A stretch of 41,301 bases of DNA from Welwitschia mirabilis (taxonomy: Eukaryota). Within the stretch, counting starts at the first letter, position 1. Each line of letters begins with the position of its first letter. Below, piece after piece: positions 1 to 12,446 of this stretch. Both the position numbers and the translations under genes were made by a program. Under the pieces are notes generated by a model that worked only from the letters and a program-made list of their open reading frames with translations, did not search any database and was not told where the DNA came from. The DNA is taken from contig JBOZIK010000001.1 of the NCBI GenBank assembly GCA_051453625.1, positions 39,240,766-39,282,066 on the forward strand, written 5' to 3'.

Positions 1-599
1 TGATGTATTTTTTTCTCTCCCTTATTTTTTTTTCAATTTTTTCTCCCATTTTTTAGACTTTTAATGTGTAGTTTTAATGTATGTTGATCAGTTTTTTACA
101 CTATTTAATTTGGAACTTACGGATTTAATCTTCACAATGTATTTCAAAAGTTATGATCAATTGTATGTTTTATAAGAAAACTTTAGGTTTTTATATTTCA
201 CACTTGATTTCTTGCAAACTATAGGTTGAAACATAGTTATCCTTTACGTTAAATTAATCAGTTTGATGTGTTTTACAATTTTATTAGATTGGATTTTTCA
301 TTTGAGTACTTTGAATTTTTACCTTATGAGGGACACATGTAAAGATCCACGTAAAAATTGTTATTCCATTTTTCATGTGTTTCATAATTTTCTTCTCATT
401 ACTAGGCAATATGGGACATATTAATACTTTTAGAGGAGCAAGATGTATTTTCATCAAAATTTCCCATTTTTTATTAATTTGGGGTCATTGTTAAGCATCC
501 ATATGATAAATTTAGCTTGTCTATCTAATCCCTGTAATGTTTTTGCATATTTTTAACTAAGTAGGTCTCATACGCATAGAGCTAGATAGGCTGAGGCTA

Positions 600-1836
600 A
601 GGTCAAAGTCATAGAATAGGAGGAAGGTCCATTAGTGCTGCTAGAGCTTGAGCATGTAGAGCCTGTGCATCCTTTGTCTCAAAATGGACATTCATTGATG
701 ATCCATACTGCTACTATTCATGCTGAGTAATACTTTGAAGATTTAGGAGTAGGCTAGAACCATATGTTGACTAGAGCCTCTCAGATCTTTAGTTCTAATG
801 AATCTTAGATGCATGAGGAACATATTATGTTATAGAGATCAAGGAGTTTTATGACACTATGCATATCGAGCGACATCTAGATTCTTCTGATCACCTTGTT
901 AACATGATAGTAGCCTCTATATAGGACCATAAGATAGCTATACTCCCAAAACACATTATAGTAGCAATAGATTTAAGTGGTGTTGGGAGTTTACATATTT
1001 ATTTAACCAGAGGAATAAAGAAGCATCCTACATATGATGCAACATTAGATATTATGGTGAATTTAACACTAGATAGGTGGGGAATTATTGTTACTTAGTT
1101 TACCCTTACATATAGAGTTTCACATAGAGGGTTGATTCACAACATCAGCCCATCATTTCATTATAGTCATGTGATAGTCGCATACCTATAAACTTTGGTA
1201 GCTTTTAGGCAAGGAGAGTAGATGAATTTACCAACATTCATATGGACGAGACTCAGGTCGATAATCAAGGCATAATAGTTATAGACTCTATGGTACCCAT
1301 ACCTCCTCTTAGTTTTATTTTGATGATTTTGGATACTAAAGCCCATGGTCAAGCAGTACCTTTTACATATTCAGACTTCTACTTGTTATCTTTAGGACAT
1401 GGGCATACAAATATCAGGAGAAGCAAAGAGACCTCAAGTATAGAGACTTATGCTTAGAGTTACTTTAGAGTAGATCCAGGCCCTCCTGACACAGACCACT
1501 AAGACTGTTAGAGTTTTTATTAATTATGATATCTAAACATTAGACCAGAGGATCCAAACATTAGATCAGAAGGCCTATATATTAGAGTAGAGAATCTAGA
1601 CAATTGAGAGAAGAGTCTAGCACTCTGAGGAGCAGATAGTTGACATGCAATAACACATCATATCTATTGAGTAAAGTGTTATAATAGACCTTCTAGAGGA
1701 TGTTCAAGTACAGAGAGACAAGATAGTTAGATCCATTTCTATATCATTGGATCTCTGTTTCCCTACTAACCCTAAGCATTCTCCATCTTTTCTCCATGAA
1801 CCTGAGCCCACTGCACATATGGAATTTATTATCTGA
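600..1836 (+). pseudogene. Degenerate accessory (env-like / putative plant transposon protein) ORF with a C-terminal coiled coil
   Basis: Frame +1 gives YYVIEIKEFYDTM (~823-861), HRGLIHNISPSFHYSHV..MNLPTFIWTRL (~1123-1254), heptads I*TLDQR IQTLDQK AYILE*R I*TIERR (from 1531) and a Pro-rich tail ending at TGA 1836. There are many in-frame stops and the start is not defined. Confidence 0.6.
1531..1680 (+). repeat. Degenerate 21-bp tandem repeat encoding coiled-coil heptads
   Basis: Units read atctaaacattagaccagagg / atccaaacattagatcagaag / gcctatatattagagtagaga / atctagacaattgagagaaga and so on. Confidence 0.75.
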
Positions 1837-1907
1837 TGTCAAGGGAAGTGATTTTATCATATTTTGTATCTTCCCTTCTTACATTTTTGTACTAAAACTC
1901 ATGATTT

Positions 1908-1927
1908 TATATATATATATATATATA
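1908..1927. repeat. (TA)n microsatellite
   Basis: About 10 TA units read directly. Confidence 0.9.
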
Positions 1928-2338
1928 TTATCTTGAGTTCAGCATAGTGTATTTTTATTTGATTTTCATGCTTATCTTTCTTTTTACATTTCAAGATGGG
2001 GATTAAGTATATTTATCATGATCTTTTATTTACTATTACATTTTAGTGGGAAACTTCTAATTATGAGTGCATTTACTGATTATCTATCTAAAAAAAATTT
2101 TTCGTAGGTTTCTATTTTCCAAGAATCATTTTTTAATATTATTATCCTCCATATCGTTTGGAGGATAATACTTAGTTTTCTAAATTTTCATAATTCATTT
2201 TATATCTCTAAGATTTTTAATAATTTTTCTGAGATAATTTTTCAATACCTTAGTTGTTTTTATTATTAGACAAGTTGGTTTGCAATCATAATTTATTACT
2301 TGGTTTATCATAGATTGATAAGGCTAAGTGGAGGACTA

Positions 2339-3445
2339 TGTTGTAATACCAATTTGCAAGTATTTAACAAGGTATTTCAAGTAGTTCTATAGGATATTAG
2401 ATAGGTTTATGAAGGATTTCTATGATAATGGAGAGCTAAGATGAAAGATATCAAAACATGCAATCTTCATAACATTTTACAACATTTAAAGTAGTTTATA
2501 ATATTTTCTATTTTAAAGAAAATTTTTTGTAAACATTGAGGCTAATGGATTACATGAATACTTATAAAAAGCCTATTGATAACCTCATCGTCCAGACGAT
2601 TTTAGGGATGATAGAACAATTAAAGCCAATGAGGATGCTAACTAGGATCAATTTGGTAGATGACAGGGAATTTTTATGAGATGGCATCATCCCGTATATT
2701 GTCTGGATGACAAGCAAGATAACATATATTATAACACTTCATTGAACTTCACCAAGCTTTTTCCATTTATCTCTATGTTTGTTATGTGGTTGTAAGGGTT
2801 ATGCTACACTTGTATGTCTAATTTGTTTATTTATGAGTCTATTTGTCAATAAGTACTGACTCCATCCTTAACTCCTACTTATTTTTACTTACACTAGAAA
2901 TTCTCATGATAGGAGATCAAAGAGTTAGAGACCCATCTAGTATAGTTACAGAGAGATTTCTTCCTTGGTGTTAGGTTGTTCTTCCTCCATTAAGATGCAA
3001 CTGCCTTGTAATATGGATATTAATTCGAGATCAATACAAAGAATTCTTTTCTATTTTTCTATGCTTATTATGTTACTTATACTTCATAGTTTATGTTGCT
3101 TATAATTCTTTAACAACTTATTAAGTAATATAGGTTATAAAAGCAACCTTTATCAAGGTTAAGCATTATTATTTTAGGTGCATTATCTTTTTCTTTCCTA
3201 GATTAACTTTTCATAAGCATGCATTGTGATTTTTTGCATTACATTCTATTTCTGCTGCTAAAATACATAAGTGTTTCTCTTCGAAATCAATTCTCTTTGT
3301 TCCTAGACTAGGCTTTTGATGGATTATGACAGTTGGATCCACTTCCATATATATTAGCATGTTGTGTTATGCAAAATCTATATTTATTTGTGAATGACAA
3401 GATCTTCTTAGGAGCATAACGTTTGCATAAATATGCACTGCAATA
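2339..3445 (+). repeat. LTR-A, 3' LTR (~1.1 kb)
   Basis: Starts TGTTGTAATACCAATTT after a purine tract and ends ATAAATATGCACTGCAATA (probably a decayed CAACA). Both ends and internal blocks (TTGGTGTTAGGTT, TAACAACT, GCAACCTTT) match LTR-B. Confidence 0.7.
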
Positions 3446-5979
3446 GTTTACATGATACATTTTATCAATTATCTATTAATTTAAAATGTTATTTAGATAT
3501 TTTAATGCTTTTATAACTCATTTCATGATAAGTAAAGAGTTATCTTTCAAGATAATTATATTATAATTTAGTAAAATTCTCAATAAATTCAAATGATTTG
3601 CTATGTCGATTTGAAGAATATAGTTTTTCAAGTGTTTTATTTTGATTCTAGAATGTTACACATGTTATATAAAATAAAATGTGATGTCTGAATTACTTAA
3701 TTACATCCATGTTAAATGATTTTAAATAGTGACTTTTGAAGGAAAAATATTTTGATAATAAAATAAATTTAATAGCTTTGACTATTTTAATTCTCTTGCT
3801 TATTTATTTGACTTATAAATGATCTTTAAAATATTAGTGAATATTTATAACAAATTATTTATCTTTATTTTATTGTATTTTATTTTTCACTTCTTTTGAA
3901 ATGATATTTCTACATATGAAGTCCTTTATGATAATTTCTAGTCATATGTAGTTACTTGTATGTTACATAAAAGAAATAGTTTTTTTATGTAGAGTAATAA
4001 TTTGATAAAGAAATATTAAATATTTCCATATGAATTCATGTAAAGTTTCTATCAGTTCAATATTCATGTGTTTCCACTATATATGTAATTCAACTAGGAG
4101 ATTTATTTATTTTTCCATTTAAACTTTTTATACTTAATTTTATGTCCCTAAGTTAAACTATCATATTAAGTACACATTTATGTTGTAAAGGATTAGAGCT
4201 TGATCTCCTCATTTTAAAAGCTAAGTTTTTCCTTCATTCAGTCTTCACTTACTTAAAAATTCCTCCTGCTTCTTATTGTTGCTTAACTAAGTTATTTTTT
4301 CTAAGTTATTGAGGAAAGGGTAGGGGTTTGCAACTTGGGATAATTTCTTCTTCTTCATGTTTCTTTTTTATCTTTTTTCAATTTTAAGCTTATCTTATTA
4401 TACTTTTTATTCATATGGTTGTTTCTGTTTTATCTCTTTATTGATGTCTTTCCCACTCTCAAATGTATGGCCTTTTCTTTCTTAATTTATACATCTTATA
4501 TCAACCTATAACTACTAATGCTAGGATCATGTGTAGTAGGAAGATTTCCCTTCTCATATTAGCTAAGTAATGTAAGGATATGTGTGTAATTTAGCTTAGT
4601 TATTACACTTCTTACTCTAAATTCTATAATATATAAGAGGTTTGTTGATTAAATTGTTGTTATGATTATTAAACTGATATTGAGCTTCCATGAACTGATG
4701 AAGTATGACCTCTAAAGTGTTTGAAGCTAGGGAGGATTTAAATTCTTAGGTTAATTAGTTAAACATTTAGTAGGATTACCATATTACTATAAGAAGTTTC
4801 TATGATTTCTCTATCTAGGGTAATAGGTATTAAAGTAGGAGTTGTTTACTCTTTATTTTTACCATTATTATCCTATAAAATTAAGTTGTTCTTTTATGAC
4901 TCCTTCGAACATGGCAATGAATGTAAATTTAAGGTTTCATGAGTATCCACAAGACAAATACTACAATAAATAGGTAGAATTATTGGATTAGGATTGCTAT
5001 CAAAACTCTCAATCATTTTGGAAAGATCATCCAAATTTGGTTAACCTCAATGTTGTCAGAAATTTTAAAGATACTAGTGGATCTAACACACTATTATAAT
5101 TTCATTGTCTCATTATGTTTTTATTAATTCTTAGAACTTTCAGCTATAGTCTTAAGAAAATCCCAAACTTTATCAATATCAAGGTCTAAAATGCTTTCTC
5201 TATATACTATCTCTATAAGTTACCTATAATTGGATAAAAGTCCTTTATAAAAAACTTAAGACTCTTTCTTACTCAAAAATATGTTATGGACATTTAAGAA
5301 GTAGATATTTAAATCTCTTTAGAGTGTAGGAGAAAGTTTTACTATGTTTTTACTATAAGTTTATGATTCCTCTTCTAGTGACATTGGTCTTATAACTAGG
5401 AAAAAAGTTTCTAATGAATTCTTGATTAAATTTAAACCTAGTGGTAATGAAAATAGGTTTTAATGTATAAAGCCAATATTTTACTTGCCTTATCTTTGAG
5501 GAAAAAAGGGAATAAGATTAATCTAGATGCATTGGGTGTGTTGGAATTATGAGGGATTGGAAAAAGAATACATTCAAATTTTAGCTTTAAGGAAAATCAA
5601 TCACAGGTGTATCATCATAATAAGAATTGGAATTTTAATAGGAATAATATCAGTAGTAATAATAGTAGAAATAGGAATTTCAACCAAAACAAACATGCAC
5701 TATTCAAGAGGAATTAGAACGTTTCCAGTTAGAGCTACATAAGCAATCAACCACAAAGATCTAATTTTAAGTAAAATCCTAGTCAAAATCATTATCAAAG
5801 TTAATCTAATAATGGCTTTCAATTCATTAATTTTAAAGCAAATCATAAGGTTAAAGAATGTACATTACTTATTAAGAGTGAACGTAGATAACAATTAGAA
5901 AATTGTTAAGGATTGCATACCAGTTAGCAACTAATTAGATGACTTTGATTAGTAATAGATAATCAAGGGGTACAATTCC

Positions 5980-7050
5980 AAAGATCATTCATAGAAAGTA
6001 AAGCTTTCCTTAATAATATATAAATAATTATTTTATTTAATTATGGAGAAACTCATTGTTCTATATTCCCTAGAGTTATTCTAAGAGAAAAATTATGTTA
6101 TACTTTAATTAAGGAATGCATAGAGCTTGCAAATAAGTCCATAACTAAGATTACTTAATAGGCAAAAAATTGTACTTTATTTATAAGTGGGAAAGATTTC
6201 TAGATTCAACTGATTGTTATCATTCTAAGAAAATATGATATTATTTTGAGCATGAATTGATTAATACAGAAGAGGATAGTTATAAATTATTAGAAGTATC
6301 AAGTGAAATTGTCAAATTGTGATCAAAAAATANNNNNNNNNNNNNNNNNNNNNNNNNNNNNNNNNNNNNNNNNNNNNNNNNNNNNNNNNNNNNNNNNNNN
6401 NNNNNNNNNNNNNNNNNNNNNNNNNNNNNNNNGAATGTTTCTAGTTAGAGCTACATAAGCAATCAACCACAAAGATCTAATTTTAAGTAAAATCCTAGTC
6501 AAAGTTATTGTCAAAGTTAATCTAATAATGGCTTTTAATTTTTTAGTTTTAAAGCAAATCATAAGGTTAAATAATGTTCATTACTTACTAAGAGTGAACC
6601 TAGACAATAATTAGAAAATTATCAAGGATCGCATACCATTTAGCAACTAATTAGATGACTTTGATTAGTAATAGATAATAAAGAGGTACAATTCCAAAGA
6701 TCATTCATAGAAACTAAAGCTTTACTTAATAATATATAAATAATTATTTTATCTAATTATGGAGCAACTCATTGCTCTATATCCCCTAGACTTATTCTAA
6801 GAGAAAAATTATGTTATATTTTAATTAAGGAATGAATAGAGCTTGCAAATAGGTCCATAACTAAGATTAATTAATAGGTAAAAAATTTTACTTTATTTAT
6901 AAGTGGGGAAGATTTTCATATTTAACTGATTATTATCATTCTAAGAAAATATAATATTATTTTGAGCATGAATTGGTACATATAGAAGAAGACAGTTATA
7001 AATTATCAGAAGTATCAAGTGAAGATGACAAATTGTGGTCAAAAAATAAC
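5980..7050 (+). pseudogene. Gypsy aspartic protease remnant (two copies)
   Basis: ILFNYGETHCSI (~6029) and ILSNYGATHCSI (~6745) match a decayed LFDSGATHSFI; YDIILSMN* matches a decayed DVILGMDW. Confidence 0.8.
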
Positions 7051-7199
7051 TTTTCAAGATTAATCTAAATCAGCTTTGAATAACTTAATTAAAGTCAAGC
7101 ATATAAAGAGGTAAATTAAGAAAGGGTCATTAGTTTATATGTTTTATTGAAAATTAGCTAAAATAAAGTAAGGAAAAACTTTAGTAGGAAATATATCAA

Positions 7200-9150
7200 T
7201 AATCCAAGACTATGTTGATGTATTTACAATAGAATTACTAGAAATATCACCTATTTGAGAAGTTGAGTTTATTATTGATTTGATTCCAAAATTTAACTTA
7301 TTTCTAAAACACCATATAAAATGTCTCCTATAGAAATGAAAGAATTAAAAATTTAGCTTAAGAAACTTTTGTAAAAGGGTTTTATTCATTTTAGTGTATC
7401 ACCATGGGTGCATTACTGTTATTTCTAAAGAAAAAATGGAACACTTAGGTTATGGATTGATCACAAACAATTTAAGTTATAATTAAGAATAAGTATTCAT
7501 TACCAAGGATAGACAATCTATTTGACCAACTTAAAAGAGCTAAGGTATTTTTCAAAGTTGATTTAAAATTTGGATATGATCAAGTTTTAATTTTAAAAAA
7601 AAGATATTTATAAAATAGCTTTTAGAACGTACTATAGACATTATGAGTTTACTTTCATACATTTTGGTTTAACTAATACCCNNNNNNNNNNNNNNNNNNN
7701 NNNNNNNNNNNNNNNNNNNNNNNNNNNNNNNNNNNNNNNNNNNNNNNNNNNNNNNNNNNNNNNNNNNNNNNNNNNNNNNNNCAAATTGTGATCAAAAAAT
7801 AACTTTTTAAGATTAATACAATTTAGCTTTAGATAACTTAATTAAAGTCAAGCATATAAAGAGGTAAATTAAGAAAGTGTTATTAGTTTATATGTTTTAT
7901 CTAAAATCAGCTAACATAAAGTAAGGAGAAACTTTAGTAGGAAATATACCAATAATCCAAGACTATGTTGATGTATTTGTAATAGAATTACTAGAAATAT
8001 TACCTATTTGAGAAGTTGAATTTATTATTGATTTGGTTCCAAAACTCAACTTATTTATAAGGAAAAAAATGAAACACTTAGGTTATGGATTGATCATAGA
8101 CAATTTAAGTTACAATTAAGAACAAGTATTCATTACCAAGGATAGACGTTCTATTTGATCAACTTAGAAGAGCTAAGGTATTTTTCAAAGTTGATTTAAA
8201 ATTTTGATATGATCAAGTTTTAATTTTAAAAAAATGATATTTATAAAATAGCTTTTAGAACTTACTATAGACATTATGAGTTTACTTTCATATCTTTTGA
8301 TTTAACTAATACCCTTGTAGTATTCATGAGCCTTATAAATCAAATCTTCTAGGATCTTGAATCCCTTATAATTTTGTTTCTCAATAACATTCTCATTTAT
8401 TATAAATCTTATGAGGAACATGATAAATACTTGAGAATAGTCTTACACACTTTAATAAATCATTGAGTGTATGGTAACATGGAAAAATGCCCTTTTTAGA
8501 AGGAATACATTCAGTTCTTGGATTATGTAATATCTATGGAGGGTATCTTAAGTGATTTAAATAAAGTTAAGGAAATTATAAAATGGCTAGCACCTATAAC
8601 TATTATTAAAGTTAGAATCGTTTTTGGTCTTACTAGGTACTATCATCAATTCAACTTCTCTAAGATAGCTACTCTTGTAATAAGACTTTTAAGGAAAAAT
8701 AAGTACTTTTAGTGAAGATAAAAAAGTTGATGGTCCTTTAATCATCTTAAAGGGTGTTTAACTAATGCTTTAATTTCAGCAATATCAGACGATTCTTAGA
8801 TATTTCTAGTTTATAATGATGCATTAAGAGAAGGTCTTGGAGATGTTCTTGACCAAGATAAAAGAGTAATAGTATATGGATTGAGGAAAATTAATACATA
8901 GAAGAGAAACTACCCTGTTCATAATTTTCAATTAGCTATAGTAATATTTGCTTTAAAGTTATAAAAGCATTATCTTTATGATGTTTAATTTTAAGTTTGA
9001 ACTAATCATAAGAGTTTAAAATACATTTTCACTCAACTAAATTTAAATCTTAGGAAAAGAAGATGGATGGAATTTCTATGTAACTTTAATCTTAAGATTT
9101 TATACTAGGAGGGACAAGGGAATAAAGTTGCAGATGCTCTTAGTAGATGT
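7200..9150 (+). pseudogene. Gypsy reverse transcriptase and RNase H remnant (RT N-terminal half duplicated)
   Basis: Motifs: [79 protein letters not shown] (decayed FIDDILIYS), [30 protein letters not shown]. Confidence 0.93.
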
Positions 9151-9539
9151 GGCTATCTTGAAATAATTATGCAAATTCAAAGTTAGATATCTGCTATTAT
9201 TATAGAGGGTTAAAACAAATATTAAAATTCTAAGAATTAAAGAATTAATTANNNNNNNNNNNNNNNNNNNNNNNNNNNNNNNNNNNNNNNNNNNNNNNNN
9301 NNNNNNNNNNNNNNNNNNNNNNNNNNNNNNNNNNNNNNNNNNNNNNNNNNNTTATGCAAATTCAAAGTTAGATATCTGCTATTATCATAGAGGGTTAAAA
9401 CAAATATTAAAATTCTTAGAATTAAAGGATTAGTTAAAAAAATCAATAGATTTAAGAGACTTTAATATTAATTTAAAAGGCATTATTAAATTCAAGAGAA
9501 GATTCTTGATTTCAAACATAGATGAGATCACACAAAAGC

Positions 9540-10900
9540 TAATGTTTGAATTTTATAATCCTCCCATATCAAGTCATCCTAGAGGAATAAAAACATATCA
9601 AAACATAAAGAAAAAATTTTGGTGGTAAGGGATAAAAAAATTTATACTAGAATTTGTATCAAAATATCCAAATTGTCAACAAGTTAAGGTAAAATATAGG
9701 AATCTAGTATAACTACTCTATCCTCATAATCTTCAAGAATATAAATGGAATGTGGTCTGCATAAATTTTATATGAGAAATTCCAAGAATCCAAAGATCTA
9801 CTGACTCGATTACGGTTATAATTAACATAGCAACTAAGTCAACACACTTTATTCTAGTAAAGCATACTTTCAGGTCTAAGGATATAGCTAGAGTATACAT
9901 CCAAAATATTATTCGTTTGCATGGTTTTCTCTTAGTAATTATTTCTGATAGAGATTTAAAATTTACCTCTAAATTTAACAAGATATATTATAATTGGGAT
10001 TAAGAACCAATCTAAATATAAGCATGGTATGTCATCCTTAAATATATGGTTAAGTAAAAAGAGCCAATATAATCCTAGAAGATCTTCTTAGAACATGCTT
10101 TCTTAGTGAGCCTAATAGTTGAAAATAATACCTACTACTAGTAAAATTTGTATGTAATAATAGTTAATAAAGTTCTATTCAAATGGCTCCATTTGAAGCT
10201 CTATATAATAGCAAATGTAAATCACCCACTACATGGATAGAACCTGAGAAAAGATTAATGATAGGACCAGAAATATTACAAGAAATAAAAAATAAGATAA
10301 AAATTTAAGAATAGATAAAAATAAGTAGTAGATAAAAAAATGATATATGCATATCATAAANNNNNNNNNNNNNNNNNNNNNNNNNNNNNNNNNNNNNNNN
10401 NNNNNNNNNNNNNNNNNNNNNNNNNNNNNNNNNNNNNNNNNNNNNNNNNNNNNNNNNNNNTATTAGTAAAATTTGCATGTAATAATAGTTATCAAAGTTC
10501 TATTCAAATGGCTCCATTTGAAGCTTTATATGATAGCAAATGTAAAGCACCCACTACATAGATAGAACTTGAGAAAATATTAATAATAGAATCAGAAATA
10601 TTACAAGAAATAAAAAATAAGATAGAAATTTAAGAATAGATAAAAAGAGGTGGCAAATAAAAAAATGATATATGCATATCATCAAAAAAGAGACCTTTAA
10701 TTCAAAAGTAATTGATCATATCTTCCTTAAGGTGTCACTAATAAAATCAGTTATGTAAGGAGTTAAGAGATCAAAATTATCTTCTAGATTTATTAGACCA
10801 TTTTAGATACTAGAATGTGTTGGACCTGTTGCATGTAAACTTGCTCTACCTCCCCAGTTTTTACATATGCAAATGTTTTTTATGTAAATATGATAAGAAA
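9540..10900 (+). pseudogene. Gypsy integrase remnant
   Basis: Motifs: SHPRGIKTYQNIKKKFWW, KSTHFI, ISDRDLKFTS, FACNNSYQSSIQMAPFEALY, and the GPY/F region RFIRPF..VGPVACKLALP. Confidence 0.9.
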
Positions 10901-10970
10901 TGATATTGTAGATTTTTTTCATGTGTTAAATTAGTCTTATATTTAAGTAGAATCTAATTGTTTAACTATA

Positions 10971-11123
10971 GAGGAGCCAAAGGCAGGGTTAGACCATCAA
11001 ATTATCAGTTTGCATAATAAGGAAATCCATCAAGTCAAGATAAAATGGAGTAATTACAGTCTTAATGAAGATACTTGTAAGATACAATAATAAATAAAAA
11101 TTTAATACCCAGGCCTTTTTTAA
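10971..11123 (+). pseudogene. Integrase C-terminal chromodomain remnant
   Basis: EEPKAGLDHQIISLHNKEIHQVKIKWSNYSLNEDT..YPGLF* resembles the Tekay-type pattern EEP..ILD..LRNK.I..VKV.W..EATWE..YP.LF. Confidence 0.8.
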
Positions 11124-11191
11124 TATCATAATAGGTAATATTACAATTTTAAATCATTATGTACTTTTATTTCTAGGGTTTAATTCTTTTT

Positions 11192-11202
11192 AAGTGGGGG
11201 AG
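11192..11202 (+). promoter_or_regulatory. Polypurine tract of the chromovirus element
   Basis: AAGTGGGGGAG lies 2 nt before TGTTATACACC and about 70 nt after the pol stop. Confidence 0.85.
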
Positions 11203-11785
11203 TATGTTATACACCAAATTATGTAATCTTTAGTTAGTAAACATAATGATAAACTTACAAGAGTTTTTAAATTATGTAATACATTTTGATATTAAATTTT
11301 AATAAGAATATTTCTTTTCTTTAAGTTAAGGTGCATGAAAATCAATGTGTACCTTTACAATTAATAATGTATTATATTTTTATATCAAAGATATATATTT
11401 TAATTTATAGATATATATAAGGTCACTTAATTAATTAATCTTAGTTTTAGATAATTTTATTATTTAAAAATAATAATGAAAATTATGAGAATTTTAATAG
11501 GAAAATAAATTAAGAAACAAAGGATATCCAATTATTAATACGAAGTAAATCTATTTATGATAAGACACCATTTACATGATTAAATAGTTAAATCAAAACA
11601 TTCATATGAATGTGTAAAATAGTAATCAAATGTCTACAAAAAATGGTATGTCATATCTTTATTATACCATTTATTCATGTACCTTATTCAAATCTAAGAA
11701 TAAAGGAAAAAGATAAAATTACTTGATAAAAGCAAAAGAAGAATAAGAAAGTTAAAAGCAAGAGTACTATGTTCAACTATAACAA

Positions 11786-11855
11786 TTTCTTACATTTAAT
11801 TATGATATTCTTTTACATTCAATTATGACATTTTTCTTATATTTAATTATGACAT
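11786..11855. repeat. Tandem repeat, ~23 bp x3
   Basis: ttcttacatttaattatgata / ttcttttacattcaattatgaca / tttttcttatatttaattatgaca. Confidence 0.8.
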
Positions 11856-12243
11856 TTTTTTCTTGTGATTTCTGTTCTTAATGTGGTGCACCATAAAGAG
11901 TATAAACATGTGATTAAGGACATGCACTCTTATTTATAAACCAAAAAGGATAAACGAGTAAAATTTATTCTACCATAACTTTTATTTTTATTTATATTTG
12001 TAAAAGTACTTGATGCATAAAATATTATTTTTCTTCTTGTATCACATGACAGTTTTAAAATTATACATTTTTTTCCCAAGGCATTTTATACATTGCTTAA
12101 AATATATTTTGGATTGATTATGAGCCTATGAAGGATTAAGAAGATACTAGAATCAGAAAATGATGCATGTAAATAATATTTCTAATTAAAGCAAGAAAAT
12201 TTCTCATCCCAATTAGATGCATGAGTCATAAATAAGATCCCTT

Positions 12244-12446
12244 TTATCATTCATATACTACTTTTACTTTTTACATAAGCTCTAACTTTTCATTAATCAA
12301 TCTTATCAATTATCATTCATATGTTAATATAACTTATATACAAGCTCATCTAACTTGTTGTTAATCAATCTCATTATTTGTCATTCATATGTCCTTATCA
12401 CTTTTATATAAGCCCATCCAACTTATTATTGATCAATCTTATCAAC
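12244..12446. repeat. Tandem repeat, ~67 bp x3, upstream of the TATA-like box
   Basis: Each unit reads TT(A/G)TCATTCATAT...AAGC..C(T/C)AACTT...TT(A/G)ATCAATCT. Confidence 0.8.

Larger units (their letters stand above)
1..3445 (+). mobile_element. 3' portion of a decayed LTR retrotransposon (env-like ORF remnant, PPT, 3' LTR); no pol in window, lineage uncertain (Athila-like or SIRE-like)
   Basis: The ORF remnant ends at TGA 1834-1836. A purine-rich tract AAGGCTAAGTGGAGGA lies just before TGTTG at 2339. The sequence from 2339 aligns collinearly with the LTR at 28532-29890. Confidence 0.7.
4900..11204 (+). mobile_element. Decayed Ty3/gypsy chromovirus (Tekay/Del-like) internal region, partly duplicated across gaps
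   Basis: Domain order is gag remnant, PR, RT, RNase H, INT, chromodomain, then PPT and LTR start. The 5' boundary is approximate. Confidence 0.92.

Noticed and set aside
3651..3675. TGTTACA followed by CATGTTATATAAA as the chromovirus 5' LTR end and Met PBS
   Set aside because: It is too degenerate from TGGTATCAGAGC, and I could not match the upstream sequence to the 3' LTR.
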